Shown here: one piece after another, positions 38,902 through 49,058 of the stretch
How positions within the stretch are numbered: position 1 is the stretch's first letter
Layout of the letters: the number at the start of each line of letters is the position of its first letter
Assembly: GCA_964417685.1 (NCBI GenBank)
Contig: CAYQIT010000001.1
Coordinates: forward strand, 81,157 to 145,156
Direction of reading: 5' to 3'
DNA: 64,000 nucleotides
Source of the DNA: an uncultured Gammaproteobacteria bacterium
Lineage (GTDB): Bacteria; Pseudomonadota; Gammaproteobacteria; Magnimaribacterales; D2472
Made by a program: the position numbers and the translations under genes
The notes under the pieces: model-generated
Database searches by the model: none
Told to the model about the DNA's origin: nothing
What the model saw: only the letters and a program-made list of their open reading frames with translations

Positions 38902-40533
38902 TTGGAAAGAGATATTATGGAATATGATGTGGTAGTAGTTGGTGGAGGCCCGTCAGGATTAGCAACTGCTATTAAATTTGCTCAGCTAAATAAAGAAAAT
39001 GGAACAGACTATTCAATATGCCTATTAGAAAAAGGATCAGAGATTGGTGCGCATATATTATCTGGTAACGTTTTTCAACCAAACGCTTTAGATGAATTAA
39101 TTCCAGATTGGAAAGATAAAAACGCACCATTAAACGTACCTGTTAAAAAAGATAAGTTACTTTTTTTATTAAAAAGTATTGCATTACCCGTTCCTGCATT
39201 TGTAATGCCGCCAATGAATAATCATGGTAACTATGTGATTAGTCTTGGAAATCTTTGTCGTTGGTTAGCTGAACAAGCCGAAAGTCTTGGAGTTGAAATT
39301 TTTCCAGGATTTCCAGCAAGTCAATTGATATATGAAAATGACAAAGTTGTCGGTGTTCAAACTGGTGATATGGGAATTTCTGTCTCAGGAGAAATAAAGC
39401 CTGGACATGAACCTGGAATTATTATTAAAGCTAAATATACAGTTCTGAGTGAAGGCTGTCGTGGGCATCTAGGTAAAGAAGTCATAAGCAAATACAATTT
39501 ATCTGAATCTAAAGACCCTCAGCATTACGGCATTGGTTTTAAAGAAGTTTGGAAGCTCGATGAAAAATTACATGAACCAGGTTTAGTCATCCATACAAGT
39601 GGATGGCCTACTCCATTTGATACTCCGTCGGGTTCATATTTTTATCATGGAGAAAATAATGAAGCCTATATAGGATATGTAATCCCACTTGATTATAAAA
39701 ATCCAACTCTTAGTCCGTTTGATGAATTTCAAAAATGGAAAACTCATCCAACAATAAAAAAATATCTAGAAAATGGTGAAAGGATCTCTTATGGAGCTAG
39801 AGCGCTTATAAAGGGAGGTCTTCAATCATTACCTAAGATGGAATTTCCAGGAGGACTTCTGACGGGTGATAATGCTGGAACTTTAAATTTCTCTAAAATC
39901 AAAGGATCACATACAGCTATTAAATCTGGTCAAATAGCTGGAGAGCATATCTATGAGAATATTCATAATGATATTGATACAGATATTTCATACGACGATA
40001 GAATTGCCAGTTCTTGGATATATACTGAACTTCATAAATCTAGAAATTTTGGTCCTATTTTTCATAAATTTGGCGCTCTGATTGGTGCATTTTTTAATGC
40101 TATTGATCAGTTTATTTTCAGAGGAAAATTACCTTTTACTTTAAATAATCCCATTCCTGATCATGAATCTTTACTTAAAGTTTCAGATGTAAAGAAGATT
40201 GAGTATCCTAAACCAGATGGTGTATTTTCATTTGATAAACTTTCTTCTGTTTATTTATCTAATACTAATCACGAAGAAGATCAGCCGTGCCATCTTCAAT
40301 TAAAAGATCCGAGCATACCGATACTGCATAACTTACCTTTGTATGATGAACCGGCACAAAGATACTGCCCTGCTGGAGTATATGAGGTTGTAGAAAAAGA
40401 TGGTGAGAAAAAATTTGTAATTAATGCTCAAAATTGTGTCCACTGCAAAACCTGCGACATTAAAGACCCTTCGCAAAATATAAAATGGGTTACTCCAGAA
40501 GGTCCTGGCGGTCCAAATTATCCAAATATGTAA
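38902..40533 (+). CDS. electron transfer flavoprotein-ubiquinone oxidoreductase
   Basis: FAD motif DVVVVGGGPSGL and C-terminal 4Fe-4S motif CVHCKTCDIKDP. Divergent from etfBA. The TTG start at 38902 gives MERDIMEYD, like Pseudomonas homologs from memory. An ATG at 38917 is the alternative. Confidence 0.9.
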   Translation: MERDIMEYDVVVVGGGPSGLATAIKFAQLNKENGTDYSICLLEKGSEIGAHILSGNVFQPNALDELIPDWKDKNAPLNVPVKKDKLLFLLKSIALPVPAFVMPPMNNHGNYVISLGNLCRWLAEQAESLGVEIFPGFPASQLIYENDKVVGVQTGDMGISVSGEIKPGHEPGIIIKAKYTVLSEGCRGHLGKEVISKYNLSESKDPQHYGIGFKEVWKLDEKLHEPGLVIHTSGWPTPFDTPSGSYFYHGENNEAYIGYVIPLDYKNPTLSPFDEFQKWKTHPTIKKYLENGERISYGARALIKGGLQSLPKMEFPGGLLTGDNAGTLNFSKIKGSHTAIKSGQIAGEHIYENIHNDIDTDISYDDRIASSWIYTELHKSRNFGPIFHKFGALIGAFFNAIDQFIFRGKLPFTLNNPIPDHESLLKVSDVKKIEYPKPDGVFSFDKLSSVYLSNTNHEEDQPCHLQLKDPSIPILHNLPLYDEPAQRYCPAGVYEVVEKDGEKKFVINAQNCVHCKTCDIKDPSQNIKWVTPEGPGGPNYPNM

Positions 40534-40548
40534 GTAAATTTATTAAAT

Positions 40549-42321
40549 ATGAAAAATACCAAATTAATAACGCTCCTAATAATAATTACATCTGTAAATC
40601 TGCTCTTGTGGTCTACGTCATTGAAAAAAGAGAATAATTCATATGATTTAGAATTTGAGACCTATTTAAGTAGTGCGTGGGAAGATGGGCTCAAAGACTC
40701 ACCTGTTTATGCGTCAATGCTAGGTGACAAGCGTTTTAATAAAGATATTATTTTTAATGATTCTGATAGCATCAATAGCAGAAGAAATAAGACAAAAATT
40801 GATTATGGGAAATTAAAATCTTTTGATGTGAACAAATTATCACAAGAGAATAAATTAAATTATTCAATTCTTGATAAAGATTTTTCTAAAACCATTGAAT
40901 CATTTCAATTTCCATATCATTACATGGATCTAAATCAACGTGGTGGAGTTCAATCATATTACCAAACTGCATCAAGACTTGTTTTTACTTCACTACAAGA
41001 TTATGAAGACTGGCTATCTCGTCTTGAGAAATATTCAATAAATATAAGAAATGCTCAAACTAATTACCAAGATGGGCTTGCGCTTGGTTATACACAACCA
41101 AAACATATAAGTATTTATGTGCTAGAACAAATTGATGCATTGGTATCAGTAAATATTTCTGACAATCCATACCTTTCAGTTTTTAAAAATGCCTCTTTAG
41201 ATGTTATCAGTAAAACAGAAAAAGATTATTTAATAACTAAAGCAACCAAGCTAGTTCAAGATTTAATAGTTCCTGCTTATGCAGACTTAGCTGACTTTAT
41301 GAGAAATACCTATATCCCAAATTCAAGGGAATCAATTGGTATAAAAGATGTTCCTTATGGAAAAAAATGGTACGAATACTTAGCCAGATACCATACAACA
41401 ACCAATCTTTCTCCTGATGAAATTCATGATATAGGACTTAAAGAGATAGAGAGAATTAGATCTGAAATGAATGAGATCATAAAACAGGTCAACTGGGATG
41501 GCGACTTTCAATCATTCCTAAATTTTTTAAGAACAGACAAGAGATTTTATTATGACAATGCAGATGATTTATTTGATGCTTATTTAATTATGTCTAAGAA
41601 AATTGATCCGTTAATGACAAAAGTTTTTAAAGAATTTCAAAAAGCCCCTTATGGGATTATTGAAATTCCAATGGAGTCTGCACCTTATACAACAACAGCT
41701 TACTATAACTCACCTGGTGAAGGCCGACCTGGTTATTATTATGTAAATTTATATAAACCTGAGTCGAGACCTAAATATGAAATTCCAGTTTTAAGTGTTC
41801 ATGAGGCTGTACCTGGGCATCATTATCAAATATCGCTTGCTCAAGAAATGGAAAATGTTCCAGAATTTAGAAAACATCAACATTTCACAGCATTTGTTGA
41901 GGGATGGGCACTTTACAGTGAAGAGTTGGGAGAGTTTATGGGGTTATATGATGATCCTTATGATAAATTTGGCCAACTTACATATGATATGTGGAGAGCT
42001 ATAAGGTTGGTTGTTGATACTGGTATGCATTACAAGGATTGGTCAAGAGATGATGCGATAAAATTATTCACAGAAAATACAGCTAAATCTATATTAGATA
42101 TTGAAAACGAAGTAGATAGATATATTGCATGGCCTGGTCAAGCATTAGCTTACAAGATTGGTCAAATGAAAATTTTAGAACTACGTAATCTAGCTGAGGC
42201 AGAGCTTGGTGAAAACTATGATATAAAAGATTTTCACTATGAAATTTTAAAAAGAGGCTCCCTTCCATTATCTATTCTTGAAGAATATATGCTTGAATGG
42301 ATTGAAGAAAATAAAATATAG
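40549..42321 (+). CDS. DUF885-family protein (putative secreted metallopeptidase-like)
   Basis: N-terminal signal/anchor. HEAVPGHHYQ motif characteristic of DUF885. Confidence 0.75.
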   Translation: MKNTKLITLLIIITSVNLLLWSTSLKKENNSYDLEFETYLSSAWEDGLKDSPVYASMLGDKRFNKDIIFNDSDSINSRRNKTKIDYGKLKSFDVNKLSQENKLNYSILDKDFSKTIESFQFPYHYMDLNQRGGVQSYYQTASRLVFTSLQDYEDWLSRLEKYSINIRNAQTNYQDGLALGYTQPKHISIYVLEQIDALVSVNISDNPYLSVFKNASLDVISKTEKDYLITKATKLVQDLIVPAYADLADFMRNTYIPNSRESIGIKDVPYGKKWYEYLARYHTTTNLSPDEIHDIGLKEIERIRSEMNEIIKQVNWDGDFQSFLNFLRTDKRFYYDNADDLFDAYLIMSKKIDPLMTKVFKEFQKAPYGIIEIPMESAPYTTTAYYNSPGEGRPGYYYVNLYKPESRPKYEIPVLSVHEAVPGHHYQISLAQEMENVPEFRKHQHFTAFVEGWALYSEELGEFMGLYDDPYDKFGQLTYDMWRAIRLVVDTGMHYKDWSRDDAIKLFTENTAKSILDIENEVDRYIAWPGQALAYKIGQMKILELRNLAEAELGENYDIKDFHYEILKRGSLPLSILEEYMLEWIEENKI

Positions 42322-42325
42322 ATAA

Positions 42326-42466
42326 TTATTTTAATTTTTTACATCTATTACTACAGTAAATAACATTATCCCAATCTCGTTCCCATTTCTTTCTCCATGT
42401 AAATTCTAATTTACAGACTGGACATATCTTTTTTGGAAGATTCTCTTTCTTAATCGATTTTGCCAA
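42326..42466 (-). CDS. DUF2256 small zinc-ribbon protein (46 aa from TTG; 52 aa if ATG at 42484; absent from the ORF track)
   Basis: Hand translation: (M)[45 protein letters not shown]. The C..C...F.WRKKW...W..V.YCS..C pattern matches DUF2256 as I remember it. Its start lies inside the 3' end of the upstream gene. Confidence 0.6.
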   Translation of the reverse strand: MAKSIKKENLPKKICPVCKLEFTWRKKWERDWDNVIYCSNRCKKLK

Positions 42467-42986
42467 TTGGAAACTCCACACCATGTGATGTAATAAATAG
42501 AGTGTTATCTTTTACATAACCCTTCTCAACCACGTAGTTTAAAAATCTATAGTAAGTATTTCTATTTAAAAAACCTTCAATATTTATATCTCTAACTTTA
42601 AATACTGGTAAAAATTTATCCTCTATTTCTCTTAAATTTACAGGATGGTCTTCATCAAGATCAAAGGCAAAATCAAAATTCGTAATACATTTAATATTAC
42701 CAAAACTATCGCATTCAAAATCAGTAATAACATATGGAGCAACAGCAACTTCTACAGCAACTTTTTCTACTGGAGTTACCAGAAAATAATTCCCATTATC
42801 ATTTCTTAGAACAGTCGAAAACAATTTTTTAATTTTAGAGTTTTTTATAATTGAATTGTTGTAAAACCAATCACCATTTCTATCGATTGAAATGGTTTGT
42901 CCAATACATAAATCAGGATTCCATTTATCTACCGGAGGAAAGTTTGATGAGTGTTGAATATTTTTAGCTATATCAGAAATAGTCAT
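42450..42986 (-). CDS. DUF1285 family protein
   Basis: [11 protein letters not shown]...DGDWFYNNS...[22 protein letters not shown] matches the conserved DUF1285 N-terminal pattern (from memory). Confidence 0.65.
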   Translation of the reverse strand: MTISDIAKNIQHSSNFPPVDKWNPDLCIGQTISIDRNGDWFYNNSIIKNSKIKKLFSTVLRNDNGNYFLVTPVEKVAVEVAVAPYVITDFECDSFGNIKCITNFDFAFDLDEDHPVNLREIEDKFLPVFKVRDINIEGFLNRNTYYRFLNYVVEKGYVKDNTLFITSHGVEFPIGKID

Positions 42987-43575
42987 AAATAGAGGAAAGG
43001 ATTATGAAAAGACCTATGCCGCATAAGATAGTTGATACTATGATCTTAACTAAAAAATTATCGTAAATATTTAAGTAATTGTATTTAGAAGAAGTAAGCA
43101 ATATGCTCAAAAATGAAAACCAAAGTGATGTACATAATGCAAAATATATAGGATAAATATAAAAGAATAGGCCCTCTATTGATTCAACAAGAATTGAGAA
43201 CAAACTAATAAAAAAAATGAATGCTTTTATATTGAATATATTTGTTATGAAACCGATAAGAAAATTACCAGAAGCATTAGAAGATACCATCTCAGTTTTT
43301 GATGACTCTGAAATAAAAAATGAAACGCCTATATAAAAAATATAAGCTCCACCAATAAGACTGATAAAAATTTTAATAGGTGGATAATTCACAACAAGCA
43401 ATGAGATGCCTGTAACTGCAAGGATGCAATGAATTAAGATACCTGAACCAATTCCAATTGCTGTATATATGCCAGCAGCTCTCCCCTTTTTTGAACATTG
43501 ATTGATTATTATCGCAGTATCAGGACCTGGGCTTGTTAGCGCGATAAAAAATGCGATTGTTGAAGAAAAAAACAT
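42973..43575 (-). CDS. LysE/RhtB-family amino-acid exporter
   Basis: 200 aa, about 6 TM helices, N-terminal ALTSPGPD motif. Confidence 0.75.
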   Translation of the reverse strand: MFFSSTIAFFIALTSPGPDTAIIINQCSKKGRAAGIYTAIGIGSGILIHCILAVTGISLLVVNYPPIKIFISLIGGAYIFYIGVSFFISESSKTEMVSSNASGNFLIGFITNIFNIKAFIFFISLFSILVESIEGLFFYIYPIYFALCTSLWFSFLSILLTSSKYNYLNIYDNFLVKIIVSTILCGIGLFIILSSIYDYF

Positions 43576-43577
43576 AC

Positions 43578-44576
43578 TTATGAAATAATCCTTGGTTCAA
43601 TTTCAAGGTCAATATTAAATGTTGTTTTTACCTTTGATTGAATTTCAGATGCTAATTTAAGGACTTCTTGTTGTGATGCATTACCATTTGTTGATAAAAC
43701 AAGGTTATGCTTTGAAGAAATTGAAACATTGTCATAACTATTTAAAGAATTTTTAATAAGTTCAATTAGGCGAGCAGCCCCAACTTTTGAATAATTTTCA
43801 TCAATTTTCCAAAGTATTAGATCATCTAAATTATGACTTGATAGGTTAATATCAGATAATTTCACAATAGGATTCTTAAAAAAACTGCCTGCATTTGGTT
43901 CTTTGCTTGGATCTGGAAGAACCTTCATTCTAATTGTACTGACTATGTTTGATACCTCTTTAGGGTTGAGTTGTTGACCAGATTGAATTTTTTTATTTAC
44001 CTCATGCGAAAGAGATTTATAGTTAAGATTTAATTCACCATTTTTCTTAATTTTAAAATCTACATGGGTAATTAAAAAATTTGATTCTTTAAAAATTGAA
44101 TTTCTATATTCAAAATTACATTGAGCATTATCAAAAGAATTATGAATTCCTTTATCTAGATCATAATAATGCACATTTCTAATAAGTTGTTGAACATCAG
44201 CTCCATAAGCTCCAATATTTTGAATTGGCGCAGCTCCAACAGAGCCAGGTATTAATGAAAGATTTTCAAAGCCATAATAGTTTTTATTTATAGCGTAGTT
44301 AACTAAATCCTGCCAATTAACCGATGATCCAACCCTGAGAATCCCCTCATCTAATTCAAGTATTTCATCTGATATATAAGAAATTGCTAAACCTTTATAT
44401 CTAGAAGGAGGCACAAGATTTGTACCTTCGCCAAGGATAAAATAATCTAAGCATTTATCATTAATAAATCTGAACAATTTATCTAAATCATTAAGATTAT
44501 TAATTTCTGCTCCATAATCTGCAACAGAATTAATTTGAAGAGAGTTTTTAATTGAATAATTTTCTTTAAGAATCAT
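43578..44576 (-). CDS. murB: UDP-N-acetylenolpyruvoylglucosamine reductase
   Basis: GEGTNLV and IPGSVGAAPIQNIGAYG FAD-binding motifs. 332 aa. Confidence 0.9.
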   Translation of the reverse strand: MILKENYSIKNSLQINSVADYGAEINNLNDLDKLFRFINDKCLDYFILGEGTNLVPPSRYKGLAISYISDEILELDEGILRVGSSVNWQDLVNYAINKNYYGFENLSLIPGSVGAAPIQNIGAYGADVQQLIRNVHYYDLDKGIHNSFDNAQCNFEYRNSIFKESNFLITHVDFKIKKNGELNLNYKSLSHEVNKKIQSGQQLNPKEVSNIVSTIRMKVLPDPSKEPNAGSFFKNPIVKLSDINLSSHNLDDLILWKIDENYSKVGAARLIELIKNSLNSYDNVSISSKHNLVLSTNGNASQQEVLKLASEIQSKVKTTFNIDLEIEPRIIS

Positions 44577-45291
44577 TATTTATAAAATTAATTGCTCTAT
44601 CAACATCATCTTGGGTATCTATTCCTGGTGGAATCGATTTGTCAGTGATTGAAATATAAATCTTATATCCATTATCAAGAAATCTTAATTGCTCAAGCTT
44701 TCTAGATATTTCATTATGAGTAGGCTTAAGAGCTATTAATTCTTTTAATTTTTTAAATGAATAACCATATATTCCAATATGTTGATAAAAATTATTATAT
44801 TTATTTACATTTACTTCTCGCAGAAAGTCATTAGCAAAAGACGCATCATTGATTATTGCTTTTACGCAATTAGGGTTAGTGATTAAATCCAGATCATCTA
44901 ACAAATGTGCAGCAGTAATAACATCACAGCTATTTTGGTCATATTCATCTATAAGTTTATTTACAACAGATGCAGGCATGAAAGGCTCGTCGCCTTGCAA
45001 GTTTATTATTAACCTATCATCATCAATATTTAGTATTTCTGCTGCTTCATGAACTCTATCAGTTCCTGAGATGTGATCTTTGTCTGTCATTAGAACATCA
45101 TTGGTAAATGTAGATACATGATCAAGAATTTCCTTTGAGTCAGTAGCTATATAGACATCATCACTTATAGATATTGCATTTTCATAAACTCTTTTGATTA
45201 ATGATTTACCAGCCAAATCAATTAAAGCCTTATTCTTAAGTCTTGTTGAACCAATTCTAGATGGAATAATTATTACTGGTTTTGAAGCCAT
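44566..45291 (-). CDS. kdsB: 3-deoxy-manno-octulosonate cytidylyltransferase (CMP-KDO synthetase)
   Basis: IIIPSRIGSTRLKNKAL and NLQGDEPF motifs. It follows lpxK, as in E. coli. Confidence 0.9.
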   Translation of the reverse strand: MASKPVIIIPSRIGSTRLKNKALIDLAGKSLIKRVYENAISISDDVYIATDSKEILDHVSTFTNDVLMTDKDHISGTDRVHEAAEILNIDDDRLIINLQGDEPFMPASVVNKLIDEYDQNSCDVITAAHLLDDLDLITNPNCVKAIINDASFANDFLREVNVNKYNNFYQHIGIYGYSFKKLKELIALKPTHNEISRKLEQLRFLDNGYKIYISITDKSIPPGIDTQDDVDRAINFINNDS

Positions 45292-45292
45292 T

Positions 45293-48058
45293 TTATTTAG
45301 AAATACTTTTTAATTTAGTATCAATTTTTTCTATAAAACTATCTGTAACATCTGCATCAACAGTAAGGTACCAAATTTTATTATTATTAAAATGCTTACA
45401 TTTTGAAGCATCTTTTTCAGTCATTAATATTGGGTGCTGATCTAAAAAATGAAGATCATTGGTATTATATTTATGATGATCTGGGAATGGATGTTTGTTT
45501 ATTTTGAAGCCTAGTCTATTTAAAGTATCAAAAAAACGACCGGGGTTGCCCAGACCAGCTACAGCATGAACTTCTTTATGCATTGGCCATTGATCAACAG
45601 GATAAGATTTACCGCTATTTAAATGAACAAATTTTGAAGGGCTTATGTTCATTAAAAATTCATCATTTTCTGTTGGGCCGCTATTATTAACGATAAAATC
45701 AGCATCTTTAAGCCTTTTTTTAGATTCTCTTAAAGGACCAGCTGGAAAAACTAAATTATTACCAAATCTTCTTTTTCCATCTATTACAACAATTTCTATA
45801 TCTCTTTTGAGACTGTAATGCTGTAAACCATCGTCTGTTATAACAACGTCGCAATCATGATTTGATAAAAGAGTATCAACAGCCCTCACCCTATCTCTAT
45901 CGATATAAAAAGGGAGGTTTAGTTTTGATAGAATTTGAGCCTCATCACCAGTAGCTTTTACAGGTGAATCAGCGTCAACTTTCATAGTTTTTTTATAATT
46001 ACCGCCATAACCCCTACTCACAAGCCCAGGTTTATATCCTAAGTTTAAAAGCTCGGATGCTATATGTTTAACTAGAGGTGTTTTACCAGTTCCACCAATT
46101 GTTAAATTACCAACAACTATAACTGGAACATCTTTTTTTAAAGTCGGAAGATTTTTTAAGTATTTATTTCTTCTTCTATTAGTGAGGAATGTCATTAATA
46201 ACGAAAAAGGATACAAAAGGTACAACCAAATACTCTTCTTATACCAACTATCCACAACAAAGCTTGATGATTCTTGATCTTCATATTCAGGAACAAACAA
46301 CTGTTTGGATTGTGTAACCACAGTTGCTGAGGACCCATCATCTTCAAATTTATTCTTATAAAGTGATTTATATAAACCATCGAGAGCTAATAATTCTGAA
46401 TGCGTGCCTGTTTCACTTATCATCCCGTCATCTAAAACAATTATTTTTGATGCATTTTCAATTGTTGATAGTCTGTGAGCAATAACAATAGTTGTTCTAT
46501 TTGTTATTAATTTTTCCAAAGCCTCTTGGACTATGAGTTCGGATTCACTATCCAATGCAGAAGTTGCTTCATCAAGAATAATTATCGGTGAGTCTTTATA
46601 AAATGCTCTTGCTATAGCTAGTCTTTGACGCTGTCCACCAGATAATAAAACACCATCATCACCAATTTCAGAATCATAACCTTCTGGTAGATTTTCTATA
46701 AAACCCTCACAACCAGCGAGTTTAGCTGATTCAATCATTTTTTCTTCGTTGATTGAATCATCACCATAAGCAATATTCTTGGCTATAGTGTCATTAAATA
46801 ATGTTGGCGATTGATTTACTATGGAGATTGAGTTTCTAAGATGATCTAAGGAATAATCTTTAATAGATATAGAGTCAATAGTTATATCACCTGCGGAGAA
46901 GTCATAAAATCTAGGGATAAGATTAGCAATAGTTGATTTACCAGAACCTGATCTTCCTACAATAGCAATAGTTTCATGCTGATTAATTTTAAAACTTAGA
47001 TTCGATAAGATTTGGCCACCAGTATTATATGAAAAAGATACATCTTTAAACTCAATAATTCCGTTTATTGAGTTTTCAACATCACCATCATTGTTTTCAT
47101 TAACTTCATCTAATTGTTCAAAAATTTCATTAGCTGCGGCAAGACCTTTTTGCACAATAATGTTTATATTAGATAACTGTCTTACAGGTTTGGCCATAAG
47201 ACCAGCAGCTGTAAAAAATGCAACAAATGTTTCTGCGTCTAAACTTATACCAAGTTGAGAGCCCAGAGCAAAATAAGCCACAAGAGATAGTGATACAGAT
47301 ACAAGTATTTGAATGATAGGTGTAGCTAAATTTCCTGTTGCCTCGAGTTTTAAATTTTGGTTTTTATTAGATGAATTTGCTTCTAAAAATCTTGTATTTT
47401 CATAATCTTGGGCATTAAACGATTTTATTTCTAAATGACCATCAACTGCCTCAGATGCTATATGAGTTACATCACCCATGGCAGTTTGGATTCTTTTCGC
47501 TAATTTTTTTAGACGCTTACCAGCAATATAAACAATTAATGCTATTAAAGGAGCTGTAACTATAAGCAAAAGCGTTAATTTAAAATTAAGATATGACATG
47601 TACACAAAAAGACCAACAAGTAAGAAACCCTCTCTTACAAATGTTTTTACGGCACTGGATGCAGCAGCAGAAACTTGAGTTGTTGTGAATGTGATTCTAT
47701 TTATAAGCTGACCTGACTGATTTGAATCAAAATATGACTTAGGTAAGTCATGCAATTTTTTAAATAGCTCTGCCCTGAGATCATGAACAATGCCAAAACC
47801 AACTCTTGACATAAAATAATTACCAACAAAAAAACCAAGCCCTCTGCCAAAAGCTATACCAATTAATGAGAGTGCTAAAAGTGAGTGCAATCCTGTTTCT
47901 TCGTCATTAATAAATCCTATTATTCGTCTAATCCATTCGACAGCGGCAATGTCAGCGAATGCAAATGCAATAAAACCAAGCACACTTATAAAGAAAGACC
48001 ATTTATATCTAAAGGTATAGGATAAGAGTCTTCTAAAGCTGCCTTTATTATTGTTCAT
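45293..48058 (-). CDS. msbA/lpxK: fusion protein: lipid A flippase MsbA (ABC half-transporter) + tetraacyldisaccharide 4'-kinase LpxK
   Basis: A single 921-codon frame. The N-terminal part has 6 TM helices plus Walker A GRSGSGKST, signature LSGGQRQRLAIARA and Walker B IIILDEATSALD. The C-terminal part has a hydrophobic helix plus the LpxK P-loop VVGNLTIGGTGKTP. Confidence 0.85.
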   Translation of the reverse strand: MNNNKGSFRRLLSYTFRYKWSFFISVLGFIAFAFADIAAVEWIRRIIGFINDEETGLHSLLALSLIGIAFGRGLGFFVGNYFMSRVGFGIVHDLRAELFKKLHDLPKSYFDSNQSGQLINRITFTTTQVSAAASSAVKTFVREGFLLVGLFVYMSYLNFKLTLLLIVTAPLIALIVYIAGKRLKKLAKRIQTAMGDVTHIASEAVDGHLEIKSFNAQDYENTRFLEANSSNKNQNLKLEATGNLATPIIQILVSVSLSLVAYFALGSQLGISLDAETFVAFFTAAGLMAKPVRQLSNINIIVQKGLAAANEIFEQLDEVNENNDGDVENSINGIIEFKDVSFSYNTGGQILSNLSFKINQHETIAIVGRSGSGKSTIANLIPRFYDFSAGDITIDSISIKDYSLDHLRNSISIVNQSPTLFNDTIAKNIAYGDDSINEEKMIESAKLAGCEGFIENLPEGYDSEIGDDGVLLSGGQRQRLAIARAFYKDSPIIILDEATSALDSESELIVQEALEKLITNRTTIVIAHRLSTIENASKIIVLDDGMISETGTHSELLALDGLYKSLYKNKFEDDGSSATVVTQSKQLFVPEYEDQESSSFVVDSWYKKSIWLYLLYPFSLLMTFLTNRRRNKYLKNLPTLKKDVPVIVVGNLTIGGTGKTPLVKHIASELLNLGYKPGLVSRGYGGNYKKTMKVDADSPVKATGDEAQILSKLNLPFYIDRDRVRAVDTLLSNHDCDVVITDDGLQHYSLKRDIEIVVIDGKRRFGNNLVFPAGPLRESKKRLKDADFIVNNSGPTENDEFLMNISPSKFVHLNSGKSYPVDQWPMHKEVHAVAGLGNPGRFFDTLNRLGFKINKHPFPDHHKYNTNDLHFLDQHPILMTEKDASKCKHFNNNKIWYLTVDADVTDSFIEKIDTKLKSISK

Positions 48059-48459
48059 AAGGTTATAGTTCTAATTTGCACTTGTGCATATCCATTCTTA
48101 TTTAAAATATCCATAAGCTCAATTACCCATTGGTGATAAGCATTCTCCTCAGCACTGAGTATAACTGTATCAAGGTTATTATCTAATCCAAATACAAGTT
48201 CATTCACTAAATCTTTATTAACTATAGGGGCCATGACCCCATTAACAATCACGGTTCCATCAGATAATATAGATACTTCGTTCTGAAGTTGGACAGTATT
48301 AGATGCAAATGATTCTGTTTTAGGTAATTCTAATGATAGGAACTGTGAATCACCAACTTTTGATGTAACTACAAAAAAGATCACTAGCAGAAAAACAATA
48401 TCAATTAAAGGCGTTATCTCAAGTGAGAAACTTTTATTATTTGATTTAATAAATTTCAT
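48055..48459 (-). CDS. exbD: ExbD/TolR-family biopolymer transport protein
   Basis: 134 aa. TM segment ITPLIDIVFLLVIFF. Overlaps the neighbouring genes. Confidence 0.85.
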   Translation of the reverse strand: MKFIKSNNKSFSLEITPLIDIVFLLVIFFVVTSKVGDSQFLSLELPKTESFASNTVQLQNEVSILSDGTVIVNGVMAPIVNKDLVNELVFGLDNNLDTVILSAEENAYHQWVIELMDILNKNGYAQVQIRTITL

Positions 48460-49058
48460 TATTTATTAATAACATCAATAAAATCAGAAATTTCAGCTTG
48501 TAAATTAATCAATAAATGAGAAATTTTTTGCTCAAAGTATTTATGCATAACTAGACCAGGAACAGCAATAAATAAACCAAATGCAGTGGTTATTAGTGCT
48601 TGAGAAATGCCTTCAGCTAAAATGTCAGGATTTGCACCAGTAACCTCGGATAAGCCAGTAAATGCAGTAATCATGCCTACTACAGTGCCAAGCAGCCCCA
48701 ATAAAGGACTTATCGTAGCAAGGGTTCCAAGCATTGTTAGATTTCTCTCTAAAGAATGTTGGACTTCAGACGCCTTTTCTTCAATTTTTGATTCTAAATT
48801 TTCTCTTGGAAGATCTTTATACTTAATACAATTTATTAGAAGATAGCCAAGTGATGATAGCTGAGAAATTTCTTCAGATTGCCTCTGATTTAATATACCT
48901 TTGTTATAAAGATTTATAATTTGATTTTTTAATCCATTTGGAGAAACCAACCTGCTTTGTAAGAACCATAGCCTTTCTATAGTTATTGATATTATGAGAA
49001 CAGAGCAAGCTAGCAATGGCCACATAAATACTCCACCTGCAATTATAAATTCGCTCAT
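48459..49058 (-). CDS. exbB: MotA/TolQ/ExbB-family proton channel protein
   Basis: 199 aa. The conserved LGLLGTVVGM segment of the family. Confidence 0.85.
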   Translation of the reverse strand: MSEFIIAGGVFMWPLLACSVLIISITIERLWFLQSRLVSPNGLKNQIINLYNKGILNQRQSEEISQLSSLGYLLINCIKYKDLPRENLESKIEEKASEVQHSLERNLTMLGTLATISPLLGLLGTVVGMITAFTGLSEVTGANPDILAEGISQALITTAFGLFIAVPGLVMHKYFEQKISHLLINLQAEISDFIDVINK

